In this document: positions 48,721 to 63,600 of the stretch, in pieces | How the letters are laid out: every line of letters begins with the position of its first letter | Position numbering within the stretch: position 1 is the stretch's first letter | From: Octopus bimaculoides | Lineage: Eukaryota | DNA: 64,000 bases | Reading direction: 5' to 3' | Assembly: GCF_001194135.2 (NCBI RefSeq) | Contig: NC_068982.1 | Location: 155,401,442-155,465,441, forward strand | Notes under the pieces: generated by a model | The model's database searches: none | The model's input: the letters and a program-made list of their open reading frames with translations, nothing else | Told to the model about the DNA's origin: nothing | Made by a program: the position numbers and the translations under genes

Positions 48721-49900
48721 TCCATTCTTTCTCTCTCTCTCTCTCTCACACACACATAGTGTTTATATATATATATATGTATATATTATGTCGTGCTTAT
48801 ATGACTTTATCGAAACTTTGTACGGTACTTCAAACAGAGAATTATATATATTTGTAAACCATCCTGAATTGTATATATGTGTGTGTGTATATCTATATAC
48901 ACACAATTGCATGTTCTGGCTGATAGCAGTTTTGGTTTTTCCTTGTTAAATGGCTGCTTTCCTGGCGCTAAGCTTTGCATTGAAAATAACGATTTTTATC
49001 ATATTTCAATTAAATCTACTTCTGTATAGAAATCAATGCTGTTTCCTCTATCATAGTTAATTCAGCCTAACATGATGATAGTCTTCTCATACAGTATATA
49101 CACATATCCAAATATATATTAAAGATTGATTACTTGCTCTATTGACAAATATACGAGTGCCTGCTTTTCCCTAACTTAAGGATTCGTAGACGACTATGCA
49201 CACACACACACACACACATATATATATACTTTTATATATCTACATGGATATAGTCTCTTTTTATACACACACACATACACATATATATGCATTTATGTGT
49301 ATGTATTTATTTTTGATAAGTTCTTTATGATTTATTAGGCAACTCCGCATTTTCGTTAGATATATCATTTTCTTCGCTCAACTTATATAATTTCCACTTT
49401 ATTTTTCTCACTTTTTGTTATTAGCACCATATATTAGGGAAATTTTCTGATTAAAGATTATTGTATTCTCTTGTTTATATCTAAAATCTTAATGTTGTTT
49501 AGACATTGTATTTTGTCCCACTCAATCTCATCTGTGATCCTATATATACATCCCCAGCACAGGTGTGAATGTACGTGTTTATATGTCACACTTTCAAACG
49601 AGAGGGTTGCAATTAAGAAAACTGATGCAAACATAAATATGACTGTGTGTGCACACTCTTGCATTGAATTGATCATGAGAAAAGCTCATACAATCGACTC
49701 TCAACAAACGTATGCCATCAATCTTAACAGCTTGCTCTTGCATACTCTGATTTGTAAAAGGAATAAGTTCAATTATTTTCATATTTCACTCCCCCCTCTC
49801 TCTCATTGGAAGCTGATGATTCATTCTCGAACGAATGCATTCTGCTACATATATTGAGTACTTTTTCTCCTTGTCTGTGCACTCAAATGCGTGTGTGCAT

Positions 49901-49937
<37 letters not shown>

Positions 49938-50593
49938 GATAGATCACTTTATNNNNNNNNNNNNNNNNNNNNNNNNNNNNNNNNNNNNNNNNNNNNNNNN
50001 NNNNNNNNNNNNNNNNNNNNNNNNNNNNNNNNNNNNNNNNNNNNNNNNNNNNNNNNNNNNNNNNNNNNNNNNNNNNNNNNNNNNNNNNNNNNNNNNNNNN
50101 NNNNNNNNNNNNNNNNNNNNNNNNNNNNNNNNNNNNNNNNNNNNNNNNNNNNNNNNNNNNNNNNNNNNNNNNNNNNNNNNNNNNNNNNNNNNNNNNNNNN
50201 NNNNNNNNNNNNNNNNNNNNNNNNNNNNNNNNNNNNNNNNNNNNNNNNNNNNNNNNNNNNNNNNNNNNNNNNNNNNNNNNNNNNNNNNNNNNNNNNNNNN
50301 NNNNNNNNNNNNNNNNNNNNNNNNNNNNNNNNNNNNNNNNNNNNNNNNNNNNNNNNNNNNNNNNNNNNNNNNNNNNNNNNNNNNNNNNNNNNNNNNNNNN
50401 NNNNNNNNNNNNNNNNNNNNNNNNNNNNNNNNNNNNNNNNNNNNNNNNNNNNNNNNNNNNNNNNNNNNNNNNNNNNNNNNNNNNNNNNNNNNNNNNNNNN
50501 NNNNNNNNNNNNNNNNNNNNNNNNNNNNNNNNNNNNNNNNNNNNNNNNNNNNNNNNNNNNNNNNNNNNNNNNNNNNNNNNNNNNNNNNNNNNN

Positions 50594-50654
<61 letters not shown>

Positions 50655-51235
50655 ATATATATATATATACATATATGTATGTATGTGTTAGTCACCAGTC
50701 ATCTTCCCTGCTGATACTAATTTGTATGTCTCTGTAGACGATGCGATAAAACATCCAGATATCCATCTATGTCTTATACCATAGATGTTGAATACACACA
50801 CACACATACACACACAAATCAGCCATCACCGTCGGTGTTATTTTCTTCTCGCTCCCTTCTGTTATTGCAATAGTAATGACTACTATCTATGTACGAGTGG
50901 CATTAATCTCTCTCTCTCTCTCTCTCTCTCACATACCCAAGCACGACGCTTTGGTTATGATATTTTTCTGGTCCTAGGGCGACACTGATTGAGCAGATCT
51001 ATGGTCAAAGGCATTTCTAGCTATGATCATCATTTATTTTTTCTTAAACTTTTCACACTGTTTTGCCTTGTGTGGTTCCTTCCTCTCTTTTAAAAACTTG
51101 CCAGGGCGTATTCGAAGACGATTTGGCTGCCATTTCTAGGAGGTCGATGAAACACAGTGGCTGAGTTGCTGCTGCTGCTGCTTCCACCCTCCTCTTCTAC
51201 CTCATATACGGTGATCATGTGCTTTACCTTCACAT

Positions 51236-51282
<47 letters not shown>

Positions 51283-52879
51283 CGATTAATTATGGTGTTT
51301 TGGTTAGATTAAATTTAAGACTTATCGTCCTTTGTGTGTGTATATGATATATATGAATAATATATATATATATATACACTATTATATATAAGTATACATG
51401 ATCATTGGTCTTCAGCAGCTAATCTGTTTTTATTGACCATCTGTCCGTTTCAAACTGAGTTCCGATGTCCAGTTCCAATCGAAAACAAAAATATTTGCGC
51501 GCGTGCGTGTTTATGTGTTTGAGTTGTTAAAGCCCCATTTCAGCCCTGATTTTGTAGCCTTTTGATAAAGAACATCCTAGCTTTTGTCATCCTGATATAA
51601 TATTTAAATGACTACATTATTTCATGTATCCTTATTCTTTTTTAAAGACTGTAGGATGTGATTTGAGGGATATTTGCTGCTGTTTACAGCCGTTCCATCT
51701 TGTTGGTCTTGTGCGTGTATATAATTACAGATTGGACATTGTTTTGTTGACAAGAAGTATCTACTTTACTAACAAATTATTTGAATATTTTGTTTTTGTT
51801 TTTCATCCAACGCTCCCTTCTCACTCAAATTAGGGTTGGGTTTGAGTTAAGTTGTTGTTTAGCCCCAAGTCAGCCCATGTCAAAAGAGCTGTAATCGCAT
51901 TTGTATATATAACGAGTACTTTGTTCAGTGTGTCAATTCGTTTGTTTTTAAAGACGATAGAAAAGTCATTCCAGGGAAATTTCCTTGCTCTTTATAGTAG
52001 TTGGAGTGATTACATAGAGGCTAACTGACCCATGGGTTAGCTATTACACTTAACGTTTCATGTGATCCCTCTGCCTATTTCATTAACTAGGTTGGAGGTA
52101 GTTAATAATAAGTGAGGTTGAGTACATATACTATTGATAAAGTAAGAGAGAGAGAGAGTAAGAGGTGGAGATTATATGTGCTGTGAAATATGTTATAGCT
52201 TTTTGGTTTTATTTCATTTTTAGCTTAATTCTATATTTTTGCTTGTCAACCATCATGGCAGACATCAATCAGGCCTTAATTCAGTTTGTTTTTGCTGGTG
52301 GTGGTGATATTGAAATAGAGTGGATATTGTACTTTTAGTCGTTAGCATTAAAGTCTGCTGATTATTATTTGGGCTTTATTGCAGAATAGCCGAGCGAAAT
52401 AATGAAGGGATGTAAATGTAACTACAATTTTACAAACAAAATATCTGCTTCATGCAAACGAAATTTGTTTATACGGTTATATTCATGTATATGGTCATCA
52501 TTTGAATTGAAAACATTGAGAAAAAAACGTTCCTAGGCAAATAGTAAGAACTCTCAAAAGAACGTTTTCTGTAAAATTTGAAATGCCGTTGCTTTAATTT
52601 TTTGAGTGATGATAGTGTCATTTGATATACAAGCAACATAATATTTATGTAATTCTGATCTTTGTCATAATTTTGGATGGAAAACATCTGTGCAAAATGA
52701 AAGAATGTATAATACTTTCGTTACTCACATTATTATTTATGATTATAGAAAAGTTAAGTAGTACTATACTAAATGCATCCCATTATTTTGCTCAGGTGTT
52801 CTGTTATAGAGCTATTATATTTGTTATAATAGATCAATTGTGACTATTTACATAAAGCCCCCACCTCTCTCTCTCTCTA

Positions 52880-52924
<45 letters not shown>

Positions 52925-53504
52925 TCAATAATATCAGCCCCAGTACTTCACAGAAGCATATTTTATCGACTCCAGGGAACTTCGAACGTTACTATGTTTC
53001 AACGCTCTATGTGTTCTGCCAATCAATCGCCTTATGTGTATATGTACATGTTCATGTTTGTATAAGTGATGAAAACATTGCTGTATTTTGGAAGTGGTAA
53101 CATCTTTAAGAATGTCAGTCAAGTTGCTTTCACATTTGAGTTAAGTCATATGTTTGCATAAAAATAGTTTGGAGTGGGGTGTGAACGACTGATTTGACGA
53201 TCCTCAGTAAGGTCACATCTCTCTGGAGGTAAGACGTAGTCAGATGAATTAACTTTTTTATTCTTAATTTGTATTTTCTTCGATTTTTTTTATTGTCGTG
53301 GTTTTGTTGCAACATTATCCATGGCAAATTATATATCAAACACGTCTAAGATATGAACCCGTGACCACGCATATGTTACGCCACAATAATGTCCCCTCGT
53401 CATAACTGCTGCTATTTTTTTTTAATCCCGGGAAGATCGACAACAGTAGTGGAATTTGAAGTAGGGATACAGGCAAAAAAGAAAACGATGTGCAGTTTGT
53501 ACAG

Positions 53505-54805
53505 CAGTAAATCAGCTAAAGGGCGGGAAGGTAGCCGGTGTTTGTGACGGGGAAATGATCAAGAAAGGTGTGCCCGCTTCAGTCTTGTTTTTGCGACAGA
53601 TCATCTGCTCAATCTGGAGCAGCTGTCTCATACCACCTGACTGGAAGACGGGTATAATTATCCGTCTCTGGAAAAGTAAAGGCGACCGCTACGACTGCAA
53701 CAATTATAGGGCTGTTACACTCCACTCAGTGCCTAGTAAGGTTTTTATCAGGTTAATCCTGAACAAAGTGCGATGTGTCTTAGCGGCTGGATTTCCCACC
53801 AAAAAGGTCAACTACTGATAGAATCCTGGCTCTTCGTGTACTCATTGAACGCAAGCGGAGCTTTCAGCAGGGGCTGCTTGCAGTCTGTGTCGATCCTCGC
53901 GAGGTAGACAGAGATGTTCCTTGTAGGATTCTGGAGCTGCGAGGCATTCCTATACCAGAACAGTCAGTTGAGTTCGGACTGGGAGCTCAACATCTGATTT
54001 TTTTCCAGTTACATCTGGGTTCCGTCATGGTTGTGTCTTGGATCCCACTCTTTTCAATGCCTGCATGGATTGGACACTTGGTGGTATGGCGGCTCGATCG
54101 AGTTGTGGTGCACTGATTGGTGAAACTAGAATTACAGACCAAGATTTTGCCTATGACGTAGTCATTCTTGCCGAGTCTGGATGACTTACGATCGCTCTCC
54201 TTTCACTGAGTGAGGAAGCGGAACCACCTGGCTTTAGAGTCTCTTAGATCAAGACAACGACCCAGTCCTTCGTTGACTTCTTGGAGGACTCCACTTCGTC
54301 TATCTCAGTTGCAGGTGAAAATTCGAAGTTGGTCGCTTCATTTATCTCAGCAGTGAGCTTCATAGCGGCATTAGCTGCGAGTCTGAAGTCCTAAAAAGCA
54401 TTGGACAAGGTGGGTGTTTGGCACTGCCGATATCTGAACAGAAGGATAAAGGTACGGATCTTTAGGTCTCTGGACCTCCCTGTCCTGCTCTATAATTGTG
54501 AGGCTTCGACACTGCCCGGAGCCCTTAGGAGACGCCTGGGCTCTTTCGGTACCAGGCCATGTTGTTTGATTTTCCAAGTTAAACCCTGCTTACTGTGTTC
54601 TCTTCTCTGAGGATTCGGCAGGCTTGATAGCTTGTGTTGGTCGACCACATACCACATGGTCACGGAAGATGAGGATGTATCTCGCGGAGATGGGCACTGT
54701 CTGGGACTCTGCTCGACGGGTCGCCAGAACACGGGAATATACCGACAAATGGTGACTGCAGCAACGCGCTGCAACGGCGCATGCCCCCACATCTGATCTG
54801 ATCTG
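53505..54805 (+). mobile_element. Degenerate RTE-clade LINE of a different family (no PHD insert seen), (TGATC)n tail
   Basis: IPPDWKTGII, NNYRAVTLHSVPSKVF, degenerate DFAxD motif, LLYNCEA, GRPHTTW, ends ATRCNGACPHI* then ctgatctgatctg. Confidence 0.85.
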
Positions 54806-55904
54806 CTGTTTCCGATAATGTCTAACATAAATATAAAACTTAACTGGGGCTAAACGATAACAGCTGCTTGTAGTTGTTGGTGACTGGTTTGTTATTTTAT
54901 TGTCCCACCTTTCCCCTGAGAAAGATGAAAGACAATGTAGACACTGGTGGAATTTGAACAATAACAAATAATAGTTTCAAATTTTGGCACAAGGCCAGCA
55001 ATTTCGGGTAAGGGGCTCGACCCCAGTGCTCAGTGGTACTTAATTTATCGACCCCGAAAGGATGAAAGGCAAAGTCGACCTCGGCGGAATTTTAACTTAG
55101 AACGTGAATACGAACGAAATACCGCTAAGTTTTCTGTTCGGCGTGCTAAGGGTTCTACCAGCTCGCCGCCTTAATAATAATAATTTTTGATTTAGGCGAA
55201 TAATTTTAAGAGAAGAGGTTAGTCAATGTCATCGACCCCCTGTACTTGGCTAGTACTTGATTTTATCGACTCCCTATTGACCTCAGCGGAATCTGATCCC
55301 TGAATGTAAAAAGCCGAAGCAAATACTGCAAAGCATTATTTTCGGCGCTCTTAACGATACTACCAGCAGTTTTGAAGGGCGGGGTTTACCATGCACTTTC
55401 GATCTCAATACCTGACTGGTGCTTCATCTTACGACCACGAAAGGCGAAGTTAATCTCTATGGGATTTAAACCCAGAACGTGAAGCGCTAGAAAAAAAAAG
55501 GTTGCCAGTCTTTTAAAAAATTTTTTTTTACCCCCGACGATCTAATGATTCTGGCAAATCACCGCCCTCAATGATATAATTATATCATCCCTGATTAAAC
55601 ACCTCTGAACGTTCTACGTTGCCATTCTGTCTTTATATTATATATCAGGAACTACATTGTCCAATGTGTATCCTGACAATTATAAGACGCTAGGTTGTGA
55701 TAGGAAGGAATTTGACATGTATTTCTAGCGAATCAAGCCGAATAGTCTTGTAGAAAGCATTTTCTTGTTGTTGGATATGCAGGATTGCTAAAACGCCTTC
55801 AGTTAATATTTTTTGCGGTCTGTGATCATCCCACTTTGCCTTAAAATCCTATGGTGTCGATGAAATATGTACTATTCAAGTATCGGAGTCATTTAAATCG
55901 AACG

Positions 55905-57285
55905 CTACTCCTCCCCTTCAAAACTTATGGTTCTTATAACTGTTAGAAACCATACGCAAAGGATCGAAAGCTGTTTGACTGGATCCAAGAGACAGAGGTG
56001 ACGTGACAGGAAACCAAAATTCAGTCTTCAAAGGATCGATCGGGACGTGTACGTGTATTCGATTCCGGATAGATGTGTGTTGCTTTTCGATTGCATTTAG
56101 AACAACTGCGACAGTGGACTTAGTGCTGACCTCGACGACCTTCGCAGCTCTCGGCAGAAGCCTCGAAGTGCTGTGAAAAGTAAGTAGTAGTTGAGCGAGG
56201 AGCGAAATCATCCTGCTTGAATGATTTGCGCGGAAATCTAGGAACTCAAGGTGGTGACAGGCACAAAGATTAACTCGAACAAGTCGTTGAGCTTGCAATT
56301 ACCATCTCGAGCAAGTCCATGCTGCCGACCAGCGTTGTGGGATGCTGGACAGTCAGGCCTGATAAGTCGCTTGGAGTCTGGTTCGGTCCGAACCTCCTGT
56401 GAATAGAAATTTGGATGAGACGACAGACAGAGATTGGCTGAGAGAAGCTTTCCTTGAAAAATTAGGCGAACGCGTACGTCGCCTCCGTTATGTATTATTT
56501 ACCTGTCTGCCTTACCTTGCTCCAGTTTTCGTCTAATCAATTTGGAGCGTCTGCTCTTTCGCTTCTTGTGCAAGAAACGTGTTCCACTAGTCGGACAACC
56601 CATTTGCTGGAGACACTCACATGTAGACAGCTCGGTGTAACCATGGCTGATGATGTGCTGGAGGTGGTGACATCTGCTGAGATTTCCTCGACAGTGAGCA
56701 GGTGTTGTCTTTTGTTTTTTTTTCGGACACGTTTTTCACAGTTCGTCTCTGACGGAATTGCAGTCTTTGAAGCAAAGTCCTCAAAACCGGGTGTTTGGCG
56801 TCTATAATGTTCTCAGGCGCTCGCATCAGTCGAACAATGCTGCTGGTAGGGCTTTGACGTCAACTTTCTACAGAAAACATACGATGGGGAAGAGCGACGG
56901 TGTTCTCCCCGGAATACTCCGGACGTCAACTTGACGAGTCTGTTCCGGAGGACTTTCTGTCTGTCCGGCGACTATAGATAATACCTGACATGGTATTGCA
57001 ACAAAGACATTGCTGGTCTGACATAAATTCTCCAGACGGTGTGACGAAAGTTGTGCACGCACTCTTTCAGTGTGTGAGCATTACTAACTTGTGGAGTTTT
57101 GTTGGAACGTGAATGAGTACCGTGAGAATGACCCGAATGAATAAGTCCATTTTCAGTATGTTCCTGTTGGCCGGGGAATATAACTTGGATAGAGTATTTG
57201 CCTTGGTAGACAAACTAGATCTGTGGGGGTTTTCGATTAGCCTTTGGTACCCTACTCCGATTGTGGATTTTTTTTCCTTTTTGAC
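55905..57285 (+). mobile_element. Degenerate Tx1/L1-clade LINE ORF2 C-terminal part
   Basis: Across frameshifts: VVTGTKINSNKS, LGVWFGP, RKLSLK, LERLLFRFL, and a CCHC-type remnant VVHALFQC..ITNLWSFV. Confidence 0.8.
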
Positions 57286-58727
57286 ATTATTTGTTGTTAC
57301 TTTCTCTTTGATGTAAACTCCCGCAACTTTCTGTTTTTAAGCAATGAGACTATAATCCTATCAGTTGTTTTGTTTCAAAGACCTTCAGTCGTGACCAACC
57401 CTTTTTGTTTATCAAGCACGACATTGTCCGGCCTGTTTATGACTGGAGAGCAATTTGAGAGATATTTGACTGCCATTTTTAGCAGGTCGAAAGATCGTGT
57501 AGGTAACAACCACACGATCTCCCCCACCCACCCATCGTTGACTTTTAAACTGTATCGGCAATTTTACCAGTACTGTTTTTATAATTCAAGGGTGGGGAAA
57601 AACTCACCAAAGAAACAGCAATTTAATTAATGTCAATTACATAATAAGAATTTGTGAATTTAAAAACTAATTTTCTCCACGGAGATGCACCATCGCGCGC
57701 ACAACGTAGCACTTTTGTTGTTTAACCATAGGTCAGCTCAGAGTGAGTAAACCTCCAAAATCAAAGACGTTCTCCCCAAACTCTGATTCTCCCATCATTT
57801 TCAAGGACTAAATTATCGAATTTATTATTATTAAAGACAGTATGTTGTGCTATGAGGGAGATTTGGCTGCTATTTCCAGCAGGACGATCGACTACTGAAG
57901 CTACTTCGTCACTTATATTGTTGTCACAGCCTGTACGTGGTCGCTCGACTTGCTAAAATAGCAGCCAGAAGATACCATTAGGTAATCTTAAACACGGTTG
58001 AAACACTCACACATTTGGTCATGAAGTTTGCTCAGTCAAAACAGATATTGGGGCTTAGCAACAATTTTTAGATATATTTATATCACCCCCCACTCTCATC
58101 TATATCGGAATCACTCCTCCATGGATCACCTCTGAGATGTCACGTAGCACAGCGTTGTTAGCTGCGACACACGGACACACATACACAACACAGTTCAATT
58201 CTACCTTCTCCTTTTCACTCCTAATTCCCTCATTTAAATAAGCTTATCTTTTAATTTCCTCCTCCATTACTTTTGTCTTCTTCTCATGTTCTGTATCTGC
58301 GATCAGGTTTTTCGATTTAGCATATCTTTAAAAAATTAAATTTCTTAGTATTCTCGGCTCTGTTCTTGGGTTTGGGTTCAAATCCTGCCGAGGCCGAGAT
58401 CAATTTTTTTGTTGTTGCGTTTTTTTTTACTTCGGAGATTCTTTAAAATAAGTACAAGTTATTGTTTAGTTCTTCTCGTGATCATCCAGCATATATTCAG
58501 CGTATCTAAAGTCACTTATTACTTTTAAGATGTTAGGAGTGTGATTCGAAGATGAATTGGCTGCTATTTCTAGCATGTTTGGTTACCACAGACTTTCCGT
58601 TGTTGTCTGAGATGAGTTGCTGTGAACTACTTCTAATCGTTTATTTTCTATAAAGGAATATCAAGAAGAGAACGCTAAAAATAGTCTCCAGAATTAACGC
58701 GTTGAATCCTAAAGTTGAAAATGTATT

Positions 58728-58764
<37 letters not shown>

Positions 58765-58895
58765 AGACCTCCGCAAAGTTTTCTCAAAACAATTTGAAAA
58801 TCCTGCACGACCAGGTGAAAAGCGCTTTATTTAATATGTGACATTAATAAAAATCTGTAAATGTACAAACATCCAGATTTCTGAGTACCTTAATT

Positions 58896-58959
<64 letters not shown>

Positions 58960-60317
58960 GTTAACACATTAAAGTATGTGTATATACATTCGTGTGTATA
59001 AATATGTATTTGTATGCATATATGTATATACACATACAAACGTACGTGTGTGTGTGTGTGTGTTATTCAATTTGCTGAAGTAGAGTTCCATATATTTTCT
59101 TATTGAACAGCAGGTCAGACCTGATTGAGCAAGATCTATCTATGATCTAAACGCGTTTCATTTAGGGTTACCTAAGAGTCCATTAACCATTAGCGTCGTA
59201 TCTCATTTTTCTGATATGGCTGCTATTTCTACAAACTCTCGTTGGCTTGTTTTCTTTTTAAGTTGCTAGCTCTAGAATTGTTTTTGGCTAAAAAAAAAAT
59301 AATAAAATCCAGGTCAAAGACGGTTTATTATTGAGAAACTACTGCTAGAATCAGCAGTGAAGTCAATCATATTTCTTTCCAACTAGCTGCTCTCTCTCTC
59401 TCTCTGTATATATATATAATGTTCATATATGTACTTGAACGTGTGTGTATGTAATGTGTCTGTGCCTAATTGATATGTAGTAGATATGCACACTTAATTG
59501 CTTTTATATATCGTTAGTGTGTGATGTATATCGGTCGGTGCTATCTTTCAACTACTATATAAACTTCGCTACTGCTACTACACTTTATCCTCCCTCTCTC
59601 GCTCTCTCCTTCACACACTCTTGGAATATTTTTTGCGCGCGTACACACACACACACATACAGTGTGTGTATTTTATACATTTCATATCTTTGTTACTGCG
59701 TATAGTGTAAAATGAATTGCAGGACACTATTTCAGTATTTGACAAAAAGAAATGTTTCTCTTTCTCTATGTGTATATATATGTTTCTCCCTGTCTCCACA
59801 AGTCTGTCTGATCGTCTCTCTCTCTCTCTCCCATCAATGGCCGTCATTCACCAAACAGAGAGAAAGAGAGAGAGAGAAAGCAAGACAAACAGACAGACTG
59901 AGAACCTGATCAAGTCTTCAGCGAAACAATATGAGAACCTTTTTTTTCCTTTTGATAAAGATTTACATTGAAATCTCTTAGCGTGTGTGCTTTAGTTACT
60001 CATATAGCCTTTCACACACACGCACATATATATGTACGTAAGTTGAGAAAAGGTGACAAGTGAAAATTTTGTAAATATGATTATAAGCTTTCACCGAATA
60101 TTGACTATAGAAAATAATAGTCTAATATTAGAGTGTGTGTGTGTATGTATATATATTTACAATATACAATTATACTATATATATATATATATATATGATT
60201 ATATATATTTATTATGTATAATTATATTTATTTACAATATACAATTATTTATATATTTTACAATATATATATTTTTATTTACTATATATATAATATCTAC
60301 AATATATAGTTATATTT

Positions 60318-60362
<45 letters not shown>

Positions 60363-60549
60363 CAATGTTTTTGTTTTTCATTGTGTTCAACGTTTTTTTA
60401 TGCCCTGTACCCATATATGCATGTATATATACATATATATGTAGGTGTGTACATATATGTATAGATATATGCATATATTTATATATATTATTATATGATC
60501 GTACGCCACGCATCCTTTTCCAAGTAAGTGTAGGGAAGTGGTTACATAA

Positions 60550-60628
<79 letters not shown>

Positions 60629-63600
60629 TTCATACGGTTACCGCCCAACGGACAAGGTCTCGCAGCCAGCGCTTGTGTGGATAGATAGATAGTCATTGCT
60701 AACTCCTGTTTCCATTTGAAATAAATTTTAAGCTCCACATGTACCACCAGTTCATAACCTTGATGTAGTCACTCAGCCTGCTAGAAATGGCAGCACATTT
60801 TTCCTACACGAAATCCCCCCTCCCTTCTTCCACTGTCTTAATAAAAGGATACATTGGACAATGTACATAAAAAGGCGGTCTGTCCGCTTAGAGCTGTTGT
60901 GACTGTCTTATTTATAATAGTAGTATTTCTAGTGGTAATTGTTATTTAGCCTAATTTCAGCCTTGTTCGAGCAGATCTATGATCAGAAGCATTCTTGTCA
61001 GGATTATTCCGTCATTTTGAATATAGTTTATCTCTGACTGCGTTATCCTCTTTATTCAAAAACGGTTATGAGCTTAGATTCTGACTGCTGTTTCTAGCAA
61101 GTCATGCGCTCCTAGATTCTCCTTCATTGGTTGTAGTGATAGACCGGTTCTTGTAATTCAGTTTCAATGCAGGCCTCTGATTAAAAGTATTTCGGCCGTG
61201 CCTATCACTTCTTTTTCCTAATTGCAGAGACCCAGCCAGAGATGATGTTAACTGCCTTCCAAACGGTTGAAGCATTTCAAATTTTCACTATTTTATTATC
61301 AGTGACAGATCGCATTCATTTTTTTTTTTCTAGAAATTAATTATAAAGAGTTTAATCAGTGTGGAAAATTTGCCAGAATAAAATGTGGTGAAAATTTGAA
61401 ATACTTCAAGTGGTTCAAAGAAATTTAACAAGATCCGAACCCGAGACTATATTACCCAACGTGTCCTTTTTCTAAGACGGTAAGACGTAATTTAAAGGAA
61501 ATTTGACTGCTATCTCTAGTATGTCAAATGACCACATAGAGGCTTCTTGGTTGCCTCGTGTGTCTGGTTATTAATTAATGGTGGTGGTTCATGTACAGCA
61601 ACTATAAACCCTAGCTGCTGTTACCAACTACATCAGCAGCCACTTTGCCAACATGTCTACCTAACTCCTTCAGCCAGCCTTCTGCTCTAATTTTTAAGTC
61701 ACGTTTTGTTTAGGCGCGTTAGATTATTGGAGGGATGAATATATTGTTACTTCTTTTGAGTCTGTCTGTTATATTCTGTATCAGGAAAACAACTTTCTAT
61801 AAGTTTCATTTTAAATGCCCTTTATATTTTGGCTGGCAGCAGTTTTATTTTGTAAAATTTTGGATTGTGTTTTGTTTTCAATTTTTGACAGCAGTAACTG
61901 TTTTTACGTTGCTATCAGGTCTGAATGTTAACTGTCTTGGAATTATTTTGTGTATTGCAAAATTTCAATATCTATGTTTGTGTGTGTCTGTGTGTGCTGT
62001 CGTTTTATCTACATGTCTAGCGTGGTTGTTTTCTAACCTCAGATTGGTCCGAATCAGACATTCCTGTAATAAAAAGCGTTCCAACCAGTCTTTTTCTGTA
62101 AGACTACACTATCCAATGTATCCTTTTTTTTTTTTTTTTTAAAGATCATAGTACGGGAGTATTATTTGCTAGAGAGTTCTCTGCTGTTTTTAGCCGGTCT
62201 AGCAACGACGTAGCTGTTTGCTTTTATAGTGTGATTCTATTGTGAGGTGTTTTTAATGAGCTTTGTGTATTTTGTGTTGCCTTCAATAATAAAAAAAACA
62301 TTATGTGGCTGTTAGAGTTAGTTACTTAGAGCTAGTACCAATTTATATGCACCTATATCTCCATATGTTATCGACCAACCTGTTTTTTTATGATTTAGTC
62401 GGAAAAGGAAAGACAACACCCATTAACTTTTTGGGGGTAACGACGGGTTTCCAAAACTGGTGTGAGGAAAGGGAGGAATTCTTGCAACAGAAGAGATACC
62501 ACAAATACATAACAGCTAAAGGAAGGTGTTAAATTGGATGACAGATTAAGTATATCATCCATGATTACTGCTCATAAGATATATCTATATCTATATGTAA
62601 CATTATCGTTTAACGTCTGCCTTCTATGCAGGCATGTGTTGGACGGTTTGACAGGAGTGGGCCAGGTAGAAGACTACCCCGGGTATTGTGTCTGTTTTAG
62701 CAAGGTTTTTACAGCTGGATGTCCTTCTAAATGCCAACCACTTTACAGTGTGGACTGGATGCTTTTTACATGGCACCAGAACCGGCAGGGTCACCAAGTA
62801 ACTTGCAAGACAAGGAATTTTGAGAGGGGAGAGGGGATCTTATGTCAGATGATGAAAGGTTATAGTGTGACAGAGAGGCAGAAACAGGCGTCTTGCTATA
62901 GAGGAGGGGGCATTGAAGGAGGTGAAAATTTGGTAAAATATTTTGTATTTATATTATTATCTATAGCAGTATTTTCCCAATTTATTATGCCCAGCTCCCT
63001 AAAATATACATCTTTGCACATTTAATCCCTATCAGCAATACTAGTAATTGTTATAATAATGACTTTTAAATTAGTCTGTTAAAATGAGTTGACATGATTT
63101 AGTTTTCATTCACTGACACTCTGCAAATATGATTCTAGAGTATCTGCTTCCTTCATTTACTCAGTTTCCTGTGACCAAGATTCAATAACATCGATCTAGG
63201 TTATTTTTTAATTGATCTCAAAAATAACTATTTTTAAGTAACTGGTATTGTATTTATCAGTCTAAATTTTGGCCTGGCATGTCAAAATTTTAATTTCTTT
63301 AATAATCCAGTTATTGGAGTGTTATATGTTTGAATGTATTTTGTTTTTAGGTAAGTGCTGAGAGATAATCTTTCTATAACATGATAGAGCAAGGAAATTC
63401 TTTTCCAAAGTCCATCATGTTTCACCTAAACACCAGCTGTATATATGTTTTGCCATAACCAATCTAGTAACATTTTAAATCATGAAGAACATGTAGCTAG
63501 AATCTTTCAAAATTGCTACAAATGCCAAACCTCTACATGATTGAGGATCCCTTCTAATTCACATCCTCAATATAGCAAAAACATCACAAGGTATTTTCTG

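Noticed and set aside
49471-49857. 128-aa ORF as exon 2 of the ZNF292-like gene (also 52622-52843, 61735-62142)
   Set aside because: No similarity to the expected exon-2 sequence and no suitable phase-0 acceptor with an open frame and donor
55918-56298. 126-aa minus-strand ORF
   Set aside because: Antisense shadow of the Tx1/L1 remnant
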